Assembly: GCA_905178155.1 (NCBI GenBank)
Contig: CAJINV010000015.1
Location: 1,112,142 to 1,173,241 of the forward strand
DNA: 61,100 nt
Direction: 5' to 3'
DNA from: Amoebophrya sp. A120
Taxonomy: Eukaryota; Protista; Dinoflagellata
Shown here: positions 12,867 to 26,700 of the stretch, one piece after another
Layout of the letters: each line of letters starts with the position of its first letter
How positions within the stretch are numbered: the first letter of the stretch is position 1
The notes under the pieces: generated by a model
Database searches by the model: none
The model's input: the letters and a program-made list of their open reading frames with translations, nothing else
What the model was told of the DNA's origin: nothing
Translations under genes and position numbers: made by a program

Positions 12867-15800
12867 TTGTAGGGGGGAGGAATTTTATTTTGGTGCAGCT
12901 GTCGTCAACGCACCGACTGGCGACGAACAAGAACTTGTCGTGGTGTCAGAAGTGTTGAATACGGCTAGCTGCCTCGAGGCGGAGGAGGTGGACCAGACTC
13001 TTGCTCTTGCTGCGCCAGGCAGCAGCTCCTGCTGCGATGTTGGCGCTAGAACAACAACACGTGGCCTCCTGATCTTCTTCTGGCACGACGGTGGCCGTCT
13101 TGTAGTTTCTTCGCAATAAAGCCGGAAACTGCTGACAAGTAGCTGCGGCGTGAAAACCAGAACGTCGACAAAGTCACGAGAGTGCCGCCGTTCTTGGGCG
13201 AAGTAAAATGTTTTGTTTTTTGGGCAATAGACGCACGATCGGCGGCGGTTTGTACTACGGTATCGTGCGCGGCTGGCTGAAGAGTAGACTTAGGCAAGAC
13301 CAGACTTACTGCGTGGGACTGAACTGGTGAAGATGGTCTCCCGAGCAGGAGGACTTGCTGTGGCTAGTAGGCTGGTGCGATAAAAACACAATCCTGAGCC
13401 TGACTACAGCACCAGGACACGGAATAAACAAAGGCTCCTGCAGCTTCCGGACCAAGCGGAGGTGGTCGTCGACGGCGTAGAGGGGGGCAAATCAAGGTCG
13501 GACGCGAAGCTCGTTGCACCGCGCACTCGCAGAGTCTCGATTTGTATTCCACAACTTCGATGAAACCTCCACGCATCAACAAAACACCGCTTCTTGCACG
13601 TCCCTGGGGTCGGTGCTTGTCCTCCGCGGAAAATAGTGGAAAGAAAAGAGGGAAATCAATTCTCGATTGAGAGGAAGCGGAAACCTCTATTATTTCCCCT
13701 GGCTCGGTCGGTGGGAACGCAGCGGCGATAGTACCGTAAGTAGTTCACAAGGGCTGCGCCCGGGGCTCGTTGATGTAGTACACGGAATATTTGCAAAGTC
13801 GTGGGTTGAAGAAGGAGATCAACTATGCGGCTTTCAGCGAAGAAGGTGCTTTCCTCGTCCTCACGCGGTAGTCCAGAGCGAATTTGTTGTCGGGGGGCAA
13901 GGCCATACTACATTCTTAGAAGAAAGAAATGCTGACTTTCGCATAAATCTATAATCACGCCACCTGTCAGTCTGGTCTGTTAAAGGGACGCTGTGTTGCT
14001 CTGGCTTGAAAGGTCGTTTACTATATGACGCACTGAAGAAATCTAGGGATTTGTCTAGTATCAAACAAACTATCAGAAGGAAAACGAAAGAAAAAATGCT
14101 AGTGATGCTACATACTAGTTCCAACGAGCAATACTTCCTAGATACTTCGTCCACATCTTAGTCCTGAAGATGAAAATCATAGATAAGACAAACAAACTTA
14201 AAAACATCTTCTTGGCTGGCAGCTGAAAGTTCCTTCGGTGAATGCGTTGCAAGGTGGGAAAAAGGACTTTCCCGCGCGAAGAAGGCATGAGTGCTGAGGC
14301 CGTCCTGGCCTCAGGAGAGGCACTGTAGTTTGCTGTCTAGCAAGAAGCTCCGGTGAAGATGTAGAAAGATCAGTGTGGAAAACAAAAATGTTTCCATTTC
14401 CGGCACTAGGGCTGACGCCGAAACGAGGAGTGGGCAGAAAACAAGGCTCTGCCGTTTCGAAATCATCTCGAAACCGGCTTCAGTGATGGCGGAAAAGATG
14501 TGGACGGGCACCGGTCATCTCAACCATCACAGCTGCAGGGTCATCTGGAGGGATGTTGACAAAAGCAAGAAGTGAAACGAAAAAGAATTATTGTTCTGCC
14601 AGGCCAAGCATGAGCAAGTTCGGGCTGCACTATGATAGGCATGTTGCCACGGCCGCGGTAGTGGCAAGCGCCTGGAGGACCCCGAATAAACAAGCGAAGG
14701 ACTCTGATAGAAAGAGAGCGCTCGACATAGTGCAGTTCCGTCTGAGCTAGTGCTTCTTCTTCTTCTTCTCCGGCCTAGGAACCATCTGCGCACAACACCA
14801 CCGCCAGTTCCTCGCTTTTGATTGCTAGGCTCAGCTTCTTGAGATGGAGATTTGCAGGCACGGGTTTCGCTTTTGAAAAGTTAAAGTTTATTTTCGTTGA
14901 TAAAAAAGGAGCAACTGTTCTTGCGAAAACACTCACAATGGCGGCAAAGGCGAGAGAGGTGGCATGATCTCGCGAGAGGCCAAGCGGGATAGAGAAGATT
15001 GAAATAAATATTCGATTGGAAATCGAAGACTGAACAACTTCAGGTTGGAAGAGGACAACTCTCTAAAACCTGCTGGGCTGTCCGTACTTCTGGCGGTGTA
15101 ATCTGTAGACGGTAGTATCTCTCAGTCAACTGGAACTACGCCAGAGGAATATAAGAAGTTGTCAACTACTCAACTGATAATTTGGCACCAAAGCTAAGGA
15201 TCGTCTTCGGAGATTATGTGGGTAATTTTTGAAGACCGCGACGCTGTAGTAATCATATTCGTTGTCTACAACTTTATTTTTCCAGTCAACACTGCTGGTG
15301 CTGCAACGATGATCTATCTACAAGCTATTGATCTTGCCGCGAATGAAATGTTTCATTGCAGTGTCGCAAGTAGGCACACGCACTCGTGGATTTTTTTTCG
15401 AGCTGGAGTTGCGCGGTACAAGAGCTACTACCGCTGGAAAGTTCCAAATCGAAGGCGTTTATTACGTTGGGCTAGCCAACAAGTTTGGAAGTGTGATGAG
15501 TGACGATATCAATCGCATTCGCATGTGATGAAGAAATAAGGTCCACCTCCTCGCCTGTGGTTTTCTTGTGACTGATCTCTAGTTCGACGAGCAGTAGCAG
15601 GCCGTCAGACGCAATAGCAGTGAATAAACTCAGTAAGAATCTGTACATCCCTTTCGTTCCTGGGAGATTTTGCTTTTCTGTCAGCTCTGGCGCTGCTTTC
15701 TCGACAACAACTCTGCTTCCGACGTCTCTTTGCATACATTTTTTACAAGTTTTAGTACTTTAGAGACGGCAATTGTGCACTGCGTGCTGTCTGATGCTAG

Positions 15801-16379
15801 ACCACCCAGTAGAGGACGTCTTCATAGGGAGAGCCACAGCGAAATATTTCACACAGGAGAAACTTCAATGAAGATCAAGGAGGCTATTTCGATTAGCACT
15901 ACGCAGTTGCAGTAGTTCCCACGTCGATTATACAGGCAATTATTCTTTTCCTTTGTATTTGCAGTAGCGCTATCCCGCCCTTGTAATCTTACTTTTCTGT
16001 CGAATTGAAATTCTCAGAACACGTTTTTCCAAAAAACCACGGCAGCAGAAACCCCGCTGCAACTGCTACAGGCAGGGCACTATTTTTGGCGTAAAACGGC
16101 CTAGGTCCCTTTCCTCACCTGGCGCTGAGCCAGGGCTTGTGGTTTCGGCTTTAACTTCTTTATGCCTGTGCCAATAATTTTCATCACTTCTCGAAATAAG
16201 TCCTTGTACAACAACACAATTCCTGACGTCACATCGTCCAAAATCGTACTTCAACGTCGGATCTAATCGTGTAGTTGCGATGTCGTTTTTTGTTCGTCAG
16301 TCTCATTTTTAGCTGTTGACATCCTTCTCTTCTGGTACACGACACGATCTTTCACAGACAACCAGTTTCCTCCCCTCCT

Positions 16380-19300
16380 CTAACCACTTTCATCCGGATG
16401 ATCCCACTGGGCGGTCCCGGTTTCCTCGTGGTAATACGCGATCTGGTTGTCGTCCGTCCGGTACCGTCGCCACCCTTTCGGCAAAGGTTTCGCCTTCGGC
16501 TATCGAAAGGAGAAATCCCCGCCCCTCCCCATATCGAAAACGAAATCTGTGATGCTGTATTTGAGGTCACAAATCGACTTGTCGTGCTAGAAGGCCAAGA
16601 GCCGCAGTAGTGGCCTCTTTTGCAGGCAATTTGTCATGCTGTTTCCCACTCTCAGCTGCCTCCTATCATGCCTAAGATGCAAGGCTTCCCCACGCCACCC
16701 AGCACTACAGTCCGCGTCTTTTCCCGTGTAGCATGACAAAGCTGATTTGTGACAACAAATCTGCATCACAGATTTCCGCTTTGATATGGGGAGGGGGGAT
16801 TTTTCCTTTTGATATCGGCCGCACCCAGCTGGTCTCCTTTGTCACCTGGTTGTAGTACGCCACTATCCTATGTAAAACCGTCCCAACACCAGGGTCAAGA
16901 TGGCGATCTCGCAACACAAATCGAGAAGTTTTGGGGGTCAAGCATGACAAGCTCGTCTCTGTATTGTAGTGCAGTTTAGCAAGTACAGCCGTGGAACACA
17001 AATCCATCTACTCGTCCTGTCGACAGCATTACAAAGTGCAAAACGCGATTGGAAATGCCTCTCATGGGGATGCGCATTACAAATCTTCCTGTAGCTGCAA
17101 ATCTGCATGACAACTCTGGGGTGGGGACATTTTTACGCAGGATAGCCACCTCGTTCGGGTTATCGTCCACCTCGTATTCGATCCAGTTCGTATCCAGTGC
17201 AAATATCCCTGGAGGTCTGGAAGGTTGCGAGATTTGTCATGCTAGTCTGGCCTGACGCTGCACTCTGTATTGCGTGGCCACGCAGAGGCCCTCTTGCCTG
17301 TCATGCAAAAGCGCAGTTTCTCATGCGAAATACGCAGCACAGAAGCACGAAAAAACTTGTCATGCTTGGCGGCGCATCACAGAGCACTCTCTTGTTCGCG
17401 GACTTGCATCACAAGTTTCCAGACCCAGACATATTTGCAATGGATAGTTCGGCGGTAGCGGCAAATTTGCCTCGTCGGTCTCGTCGAGAAACTCCAGGTC
17501 GTTCGATTCGTTATTTTCCGACGAGTTATCGGCGCTGCTGTTCTTCCGCCTGGACTTAGCATTGTTGGAACTCGATGCATTAGTGGAGTTTTGCTGCTGG
17601 TTATGGTTGTTCATCCCAGTGTTCGCCCGACTACGCTTGTTACTAGTACCCGTCGTCGTCTTATTCTTGTTCAGCATTTCGTTCGCCGCAAGTTGCTCTG
17701 CGAGTGACCCTTTCGTCGCGCCGCCGGTGGTCTCAAAATCGTACTCGTCCACGTCGTCGTAGTCATTCTGGTATGGATTGTAAAAGTGTCTGGGTCTGGA
17801 AACTTGTGATGCTGGGTGGCGCATCATGAAGAGGCCACAAATGCTGGCTCAACATGACAACCTTTTGAGCTTCTAGGTTTTGCCTATTCTGCATGACAAA
17901 CTGCGTTTCTGCATGACAGCAAAATGGGGCTCTTGGGAAACGTGCATGACAGATTTGAGAGTCATGCCAGACTAGCATGACAAATCTCGCAATCTCCCAG
18001 ACCCAGACATTTTTGCATTTGATATCTGGTCGCGCAGGATGCTCTGCAGATGCTGCCGCTCCCGCCGGTTCAGCAGGTCTTGGTCGACATTTTTGCTGTA
18101 TCAAATGCAAAAATGTCTGGGTCTGGAACTTTGCTCGACTTGTCATGCAGGTTTTCCATGACCCATATGATCTGTAATGGAGGACCTAGCGTGACAGATT
18201 CCGTGAGATCACTACCATGCCTATCCTGCATGAGAAACTCCCTGCCAACTTGGTCGAAAGTGGCCAGCTGTTGGCACTCATGCAACACAGATTTTTGCAT
18301 GATCCAGAATTAGCATGACAAGTTGCAACCTTCCAGACCCATACATATTTGCAATCCATATGCTGGTGGTTTGTCCCTCGTGCGAAATAAAACCCCGGTC
18401 GTCGAACCCGAGAGTTAGGTGGTCCAGATTGTCCGCGACCTTGTGACTCTTGTTTTCGCAGTTGTTCCTCAGTTGCCACTGGTACTCTTTCTGCAGGTGG
18501 AACACGAAGTGCATCACCTCCAGCCGCCGCGTGTCCAAGCCGCGGCCATTGGTGAACCGGTTCGCCCGGCTGGATCCGTAGCTCGCCACCGCTATGAAAG
18601 TGCACAAGAACTCCCCCTCCCCCTCATTTGTATTGCATGAACAGCAGTACAAGCGTCATGCAGAATACAGGTTTTGCAGGACAAATTTGGAAAGGCGCGT
18701 AATGCTATTTGGGCTGCCAGAACTAATCATGCAAACAGTGCCAAGAGCCCGGGCGTAAATTAGGCACTTTGCATGACAAATGAGGGGGAGGGGGAGCTGT
18801 GCACTCTCATAACCGCCTTCTGCACGACGCTGTTGCTGTTTAAAAGCAGATGGCTGTAGCTTTCGGTGAAGTTGTTTGCCCCCGCGCGGAAGGACAGCAA
18901 GGTTTCGCCCACGGACGGAATCTTGATCTCCGAGGCGGACAGCGATTGTCGCTGCATGAAGTTTCGGTTCGTCGCCTTCTGGTCCAGAATGGGGTCTTCG
19001 TGTGCCAGGAGCTGCTCGCGCGTGTAGTAGGACTTCGGCTTTTGCCGTCCGTTGCTGTACGGTCCGTTTTTCTCGACCGGCGGAGGGGCGGACATTCTTG
19101 ATGTTGTTGCACCTCCGGGTTGATGTTGAGACGGGTATAATTGTTGCTGAGCGTACAACGTCGAGGACGCAGCTGCTGGACCACCTCCGTGGTGTTGCTG
19201 GGGCAGCAGTCCTTGAACGGCGTTCAAGAGGTTTTGGCTCGCGTTGGCATTATTATTGCTTCCAGCACCGCTACTGGATGCCTGCGCTTGTAACAACACC

Positions 19301-19428
19301 TGCATGGCTGCCGCCACTGCTTCGGCCGACGGTGGGGGCCCGCCTGCACCACCGGGTTGCTGGTGTTGCCCTCCCTTCATTGCCGGAGGCCATTGGCTAC
19401 CGTAGTGCTGCTGCTGGTGCCAAGACAT
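16380..19428 (-). CDS. Tandem WW-domain protein B (~477 aa), 6 introners
   Basis: Rejoined exons total 1434 nt incl. stop; C-term LPPN|WIEYEVDDNPNEVA|YYNQVTKETSWVRP|KAKPLPKGWRRYRTDDNQIAYYHEETGTAQWDHPDESG*. Confidence 0.88.
16501..16814. mobile_element. Introner family C
   Basis: TIR TATCGAAAGGAGAAATCCCC..CCCCATATC, TSD TCGGC. Confidence 0.92.
16864..17144. mobile_element. Introner family D
   Basis: TIR TATCCT..GTAAAA..GTCCC, TSD GCCAC. Confidence 0.92.
17191..17446. mobile_element. Introner family A
   Basis: TSD GTTCG. Confidence 0.92.
17772..18024. mobile_element. Introner family A
   Basis: TSD TCTGG. Confidence 0.92.
18099..18360. mobile_element. Introner family A
   Basis: TSD TGCTG. 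Confidence 0.92.
18593..18811. mobile_element. Introner family E
   Basis: TIR TATGA.AGTGCACA..CTCCCCCTCCCCCTCATTTGT, TSD ACCGC. Confidence 0.92.
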
Positions 19429-20718
19429 TTTGCTACTTTATTTTTGCGTGTCGTGGCTCACTATGTGTATGTCGCTTTCGATTTTTTATATTTTTCCCGG
19501 AACATCATCAAAGTGAAGAAAATAATCCTCGTCGGGCTCCGGGGCTAGGATTGGTGTTCGACTTGCTTTATTCTTGTAGGACGGTTTTCTCGCTGGTAGT
19601 ACCAGCAAGAGCGATCAACATCATTAGTGAAAGTTTGATTCAATTTCAGACCAAGACCACTAGTACTGCAGCGGCGGCGGAGATAAAGACAATGCTGCGA
19701 ATAAACTACATTCTAAGTAAGTACTTTGATTGAAAAAGCTCTAGTACTAGAGAATGAGAAGATTGAATTTGAAACACACGGAGGGGAGGAGGTCGCTGGT
19801 GTAGTAGGCGCAGAGGCTTTTATCTCTTGACTCAGCTGTTTGCGGTAATCTAGGTGGGCTATCCAGACGTTGAACCAAGACAGAGCTTCACGAAGATCTT
19901 ACGCTATTTTCTCTAAGGGCTCTTCAATATTTATGTTGTTGTCAATGGTAGAAGTAATACTTCCTTGGCGGACCTGAACGAACTTGATAGGTTCTGCTCT
20001 ACTTGGGGGGGAGGAGGCATATCTACATGTTGTTCTCGTCATAGAAGACTTCTACCCCGTCACACAAAAGTCGTGCCATCGCAGTAAAAAAATAGCGCAG
20101 GCCGTCTAGCAATATGGACGACGTAGAGACAAGATCACAGTAGAAGTTCCAGGTCGTACAAACGGATTTTTACTGAACTGGTGATAGTGGGTTCATGAAC
20201 AAAAGTCAGATTTCAAGCAGAACAAAATTTCCGCGTCGGAGTCGGAATGATGTGGTCACTTGTGGCGCGTTCGTTTTTCTTTGTTTATTCGCATCAAACA
20301 GAAATCGAGCCTGCACTATCAAACAACTAGTATCATTATAATGCCGCCTTTCGTGGTCATGAAATTGCTTGCTGTTCATTCTTCATTTGCTATTCGCAGC
20401 TTCATGTGCAGCATCGAGTGTGGCTGCCAGAGCAGCACTGCTGGGTAAGTAACAATGGCAGAATCATTCGTCGTCCTCCTCCGTTCCTCATTCGTCGCCT
20501 CAGAAGGAGAACTTTTTCATTTCTCGCACCTGCGTCGGCCCATCTTCGAGCGGCGCGTAGTCCGCCATACTGTATCCCGTGGAAACTTCATTTCAAAACG
20601 GAACAACAAGTCTTTTGCGCACTACTTCATCTGCACTGGAGACACCACAAATACCAAACCGACGAGAATCCTCTAGTTCCTGTGACAACGCGGTGTATAC
20701 AAACTTGACAAAACACGA

Positions 20719-23700
20719 TCAGCAGTTGATGCACGTACTTGCTTTTGTTCTGTAGTGAAATGATTTCACATCGGATATTTGCGACCGAACCTCGAGCATG
20801 ACCTCCTCTCGCAGTGCGTGCCGCACGGATGATGTCAGGTACTTCTTGTAGACGTGAAGCAGTATCATGGAGAAAAAAACAGGCACCAGGGCGTATTTGT
20901 AATGCGAAAAACAATTCAGAGATAAATCTGTCATGGGCGCATGCTGCGTAGCATACGAATTATAATTTCTGTGATGTGTAACACATCATTGATCTGTGTT
21001 TGTATATTGTTGTTTTTGCAATACAAATATGCCCCTCCCCCGCCTGCTTTTATTTTCTATGTGATAAACAGGATGAAAAAGAAGATGAGCACAATTATGA
21101 CATTGCACAACTCCCCGTCCCCTTCATTTGTATAGCATGAACGGCAATACAAGCATCAGCAAGAACGCCGGTTTTGCATGAAAAATGTGCACTGGAGTGT
21201 AGTGCCATTTGGGCTACCAGAACTTGTCATGGAAACAGTGCCATAAGGCAGTGGCTGGATTCTGGGTTTTGCATGACAAATGAGGGGGAGGGGGAGTTGT
21301 GCACTGTCATAACGATCCCGAGCAGGACAAAAAACTTGGTGAAGGTCATCAGGTTGTCACTCGCCCCGGTTTATCGAATGCAAATATCCCTTGATGTCTG
21401 GAAACCTGTGATGCAAGTCTGGCAGTGATCACGGGCGCACTGCAATACGCAGCCAAGCATGACAAGTTTTGGAGCTACGATGTGTTGCGCGTTCCGGGAC
21501 CGGGTGGCAAACTGCGCTTTTGCATGACAGGCAAAGGCAAAAGTTTTTCTTTTTTTCCCACTCCTGCATCACAAGATTCAAGAGTCATGTGAGACAAGCA
21601 TCACGAACTAGGAGTCTTCCAGACCCAGAAGTATTTGCAATGCATACAGTTCCGGTGTACGCCACGAGCTGTGCGAATCTTTCGCACTGCTATGTCCCCC
21701 TGAAGAAAACAGCTAGCAACGAAAAGCGATTTGAGACTTTATTCACCAATCTCTGCGCATTGCTGAACAAGATCCGGCTGAGTACTCACTTACCACCGTC
21801 TGGCTCGTGCTGGTGTGGAAATACAATTTTGCGGATCCACATAATTTTTCTTTCTTCAAGGCAAACGCCCTCAGTTAACAAACATCCTCAGGTTACAGTC
21901 AAGTACAGGTTTTCTGCTAGCTATTCACCCTCATTTCGATAAGCTCTGGCCGCTTCAGGTACCCGCCGCAAATGCTACGCATCACCAGATTTGACTCGAT
22001 CGGCCCAGTATGCACTGCAAACGTATCGAACTACAACTCGTACTGATTGCAATACTGCATGACATCATATCTGTGTACGCTAATCAGCATTACAAACGTC
22101 ATTGTTCGGGCTAAGCAAACTTGTATATGCAATTTTTTGTTGTAATGCAAGTGGTACGAGAGACAGCACAAAGTTTTGTTGCAGTGCATACCCGGAGTAC
22201 CTCCAGCCGTTAATCCGCAGGGCCAGCGGGGACCAGGCGTGGTTGCGAATCTCCTTTTTCAGCAGGCTTTTCCAGTTCTCCAAGAAAAAAACTGTGTTAG
22301 TGAAACTTTCTTTGGCTGGTGGTGGTGACAGCATCACAGATTTGCTCTGCATGACCACAGATGAGAAAACCTCTCATGCGTGGCCGCTTGTAAGGGAAAA
22401 CACACATGGAAAGAGGCCTCCATGGTTGTCTGGCACGACAGGTGTACTTAACTCTCTCTCTCTTGCAAGTTCTGCATTACAGAGTTACACTTATACAGCT
22501 TTTTTCTTGCATAACAGTCCTTTTTCGTGCACTGCTTGATGTTGTCGATGTCGATTTTGTTTTTGGCTGGCTATCAAATGCAAAACTGTCGCACTCGTAC
22601 TAATCGCTGTTATGCATCACAAATTTCTTTTTCAAGTCAAATCCGTGACAAATTCCATTTCTGATGCTGGGTAAATTTCAATTTGTAATGCTGTTTTTTC
22701 TACTAGTGCGATAGTTTATTTGCAATGCATACTGACAAACTTCCGTTTATCTGCTCCATCACTTCGTAGCTGCATTTTTTCGTGAACTTTGTAAAGTTAT
22801 CAAGTGTAAAAATGTCTGGGTCTGGAAGAGTCATGCTGTTTCTGCATGACGCAGAAGGTCTGGCATGGAAGCTCCAGCATCACAGGTTTCGAGAAGCTTC
22901 CGCAATGTCGAACCCGCATGAGAAATCCCCCAATTTGCTGACAGAAAGTGAGCAGCTTTTGCTACCTCTGCATGAGAGATTTTTGTGTGTTCCGAAATGC
23001 GCATCACAGGTTACATCCTTCCAGACCCAGACATTTTTGCATTTGATAAAAGTCCCGACCGGAATCGGTGCATTGCTTCCAGAACGCCGTTATGCATTGC
23101 AAAAGTATCGTACTCGTATAAATGCATTACAAATTTCCTCAGCATGAGAAGTAAAATTTGTAATGCTGATTTGCCTTAACAAAAAGATTTGTAATGCAGG
23201 ACTGCAATACGAGTACGATACTTTTGCACAGGATAGCCGTATGCCGGTGCACAACTTACTACCCCTCGTCGCCCTCATTTGTCATTGTCAGTAGATCTTC
23301 ACAGATACGAAATATAAAACGCATGTGCATTTTCAATATCCGATATTACTATTAGCTGCTAGCACTATAACTCGCTCGTCGCATGACAACTCGCAGCAAC
23401 ACCCCATCAAATTAGACGTTGCACTATGGTCCGTACGTTGATATGCATTTCCATTTGCGACTGCAGAACCAAAAACTAATACATTTCTGCAGCTAATATC
23501 TTGTATGTATGTACTTATGTGATCTCCAGCATTCTGAGTGAGGGTGAGGGAGCAAAGTGCACGACTGTCATATGCTCGCAAGTACTTCCAGAACGCTTCG
23601 GAATATCCGAACAGCTCGCCGGACTGCTTGACCTGCGGATGCGGTGATTTTCTTTTATGCTTCTAAATTTTGTCATGCTGATTAAACATCATAGCAGTGT

Positions 23701-26700
23701 GTCCAATTCATGTTCATCATCATCATGTTCATTTTGCATAACAAATTCCTCTCGACATATTCTTTCAGTAGAAACATACCTCGGGATTGGTCCACTTTTC
23801 GGAGTTTTTGAAGAGACAAATCTGTCGCAGAAGGTATGGAATGTCGAGAGGCGCTTGGTTTCTTCGTAGAAACTGAAACTCTATTGCTATTTTTACGTTG
23901 TTATCCATTTTCAGAGCCTTATGAACTTCTATGGCCTCCTCAAAGGTTACGCTTACGAATACGATTGGGATTATTTCTGAAGAACTGCTCTTACAACTTT
24001 TTATTACCTCACCGCGAAACAAATGCATAGGCATTTGGTGCATACACGCACACATGGAATCAACCATAGAGAACCCTAAAACCCTCTGAACCCTCTTGCG
24101 GCGGCACCACGATAGCATTCTAGACTTCGCAAGCGTTAAAAGAAGGTCAGGAAGCGCACTCCGGTCGTACGCCGAGGATGATCCGCATTGAATTTGTAAC
24201 ACCAGATCAGAATGTATGCAACACCAGAGGAGGCCATAATTCTCTTTAATTCTCCGTGAAATTTTTTCATGGAGTATCATGTTACTAAATCACTTCCATC
24301 CCGATTGGAAACAGAGGCAAAACCGATGCGAAGTTCTTCGGACCCCTTTTCATCTTGGCCAATTTAGGCTGCTTGGAACCATTCGTTTCGCAGCTTTTGA
24401 TGTGCGAGGTAACCCCAAGACGGCGCTGCTCTGAGTGTGATTGTCAACCAGGGGGGGTGGTGGAGCCGGTAAAACATTTATACCTTCCGGCCACGACGTC
24501 GGACACGCTATTTGCAAACGCCAAGAATCAGTGGCTAACTTGTTACGATTTGTCAGGCAGAGGCCGGGGCTGGCGCTGGGCGGCATTTGTAGTCTCCGTC
24601 ATTCATCTCTGGCGCTGTGTGTAAATATTACGGAGCAAACCGCGCTAGGGCTTTTACACTTTCCCGCGCTCCCTCGTCTTTCTGCTGGCTCGAGAAGAAT
24701 ATCCGCCTCGGCCTTTGTTTTTTTGTAGAAGGTTCAAGGGGGGCACGGGGGTTCCAAAGTGTAACAACCAAAATTAGCCACCATGTCCGATATGAATGAA
24801 AAGTGCGGAGTAAGAACTCGAACCCCCGCAGGAGAGGCGTATCGGTGCATGTTTTGAGACGGTGGGCACTTGGCAGGCGCCGTGTAGTGATGTTGAGATG
24901 CAGCCCGTTTCTACTCGGCTGGGTGATGTTGAGAGGCGCTTGGTTTCTTCGTAGAAACTGAAACTTGTTGAAAGCTTGAATTTACACACAGTCATACATC
25001 GGAAAATTGACGTGTCATCTTGCGTCGTCGAGATTGTGACAGGCTCGATTTAGTTTTACTCAAGTACTTACATCAGAAACTGACGTCCTAAACCAGCGCA
25101 GCTCTCATCCCATACATCTTCCTCGACAACCTGCCTGCCCGTTGCGGTCCCCGTATCGCAAAGAAAACTGAAGACTCCATGTAGTTGTTCTTGCTGCCAT
25201 GCCACCGACACTATGAATGGAACAAAGGCTAAATTTGAGTTTGATTCTGTATAGAAAGCAGGGTCAACAACATGATTTTCGTTTATATCCATGCGCGGAA
25301 AAGACGCACAAGGACGAGTTTTCATTTTTTCTGCGATACCCCGCTCCGTCTGGATCTGCGGCGCAAAACTTGTTCTTGTCCGCCTCGTCTTCTGTCTCGA
25401 GGCAGAGCGACATGGTATCCGATTCCTGTTTCATTTTCATAAGATAGCCATAGAATTTGAATTTCAATTTCTCATAGAGGTATAAATCCAATATCACGAG
25501 TGGTTCTGCTTGCTTCTGCTTGATGAAGGAATGAAAAAAAGAGGTTTTCACCCGGAAGAATCACAACAAAAATCCTCCCACTGTACTTCTACTTCGATGA
25601 AGCACTCTGATACTCATTACCGCCGGCAAGCTGATGATGTGGTAATGCGGAACGAAGCTGAGCAACTCCTTGAAAGAAAGTTATTCGGTGCAAACGCAAG
25701 TACAGCAAGTAGCGTCAAATGTAAAAGTGTCTGGGTCTGGAAGAGTGCCAGACTTGTCATGCAGGTTTTTCATGACCCATGAGGTCCTCTGGTATGTAGG
25801 ACATAGCATGACAGATTCTGTGAGACTGAGAGTTCTATCATGCCTATCCTGCATGAGAGACTGCCTCTAGACTTTTGACCTAATCATTAGGTTAAAAGTG
25901 GACAGCTTTTGGTAATCATGCAACGCAAGTTTTTACATGATTCAGATTTAGCATGACAAGTTGCTTTGTTCCAGACCCAGACATTTTTGCATTTGATAAG
26001 TAGCATCCTCCTGCGAATGAGCCTCTACATCTTCGCTGGAATACCTCCGTTATTGCACGGTATAATGCTTCGCCTGAGACGTTTTATCATGCACACTATT
26101 ATCGCTGCAAGAACAGTACCGAGGAAGAGGATGCTACTCATAGTGCTACGTTTAAACACTTATCCCAAGGATAACTCAGCGAGCTCCGCGAAGTTCTTCA
26201 AAAATCGGTTCGCTTCTCTGCTGCCGGAGGAAAACCAGAAATCTGCCAGCACGTAGTTAGACTGCGGAATGTCCCAGGTATGCATTTTTGCAAAAGTATC
26301 GTATTAGTATCAGAACAGAAGTCTTGTTGTTGATGTAGATGTTCCTGTGTTACAAGCACCAAGTAGAAGTTGCATACGCGTAGACAAATTTTTTAGAGAT
26401 AGAGTGGACCTTTGTGGCAACAAGAAGACTTTGCATAGATAGTACGATACTCTGACACAGGCTCATACCAGGCGAGCTTCACTAATACCGCCTCGTTTTC
26501 TATCCCACGAAAAAACTGTTTCACTGTTATGATTTTGCAAAATCTGCATCACAAGTTTGTTACGTTACGCATGACACTGAAAATCTGTCATGCGGGGTTC
26601 CTAAGGGAAAACACAGCCAGAAATCCATTGTCTTGCATGTGTAGCATGACACACACTTCTGCGATCCATTTTCTGCATCACAAGTTCACAGTGAAACAGT

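Noticed and set aside
12900-16300. Short ORFs in the gap between genes
   Set aside because: No recognisable domains or coherent exon chain
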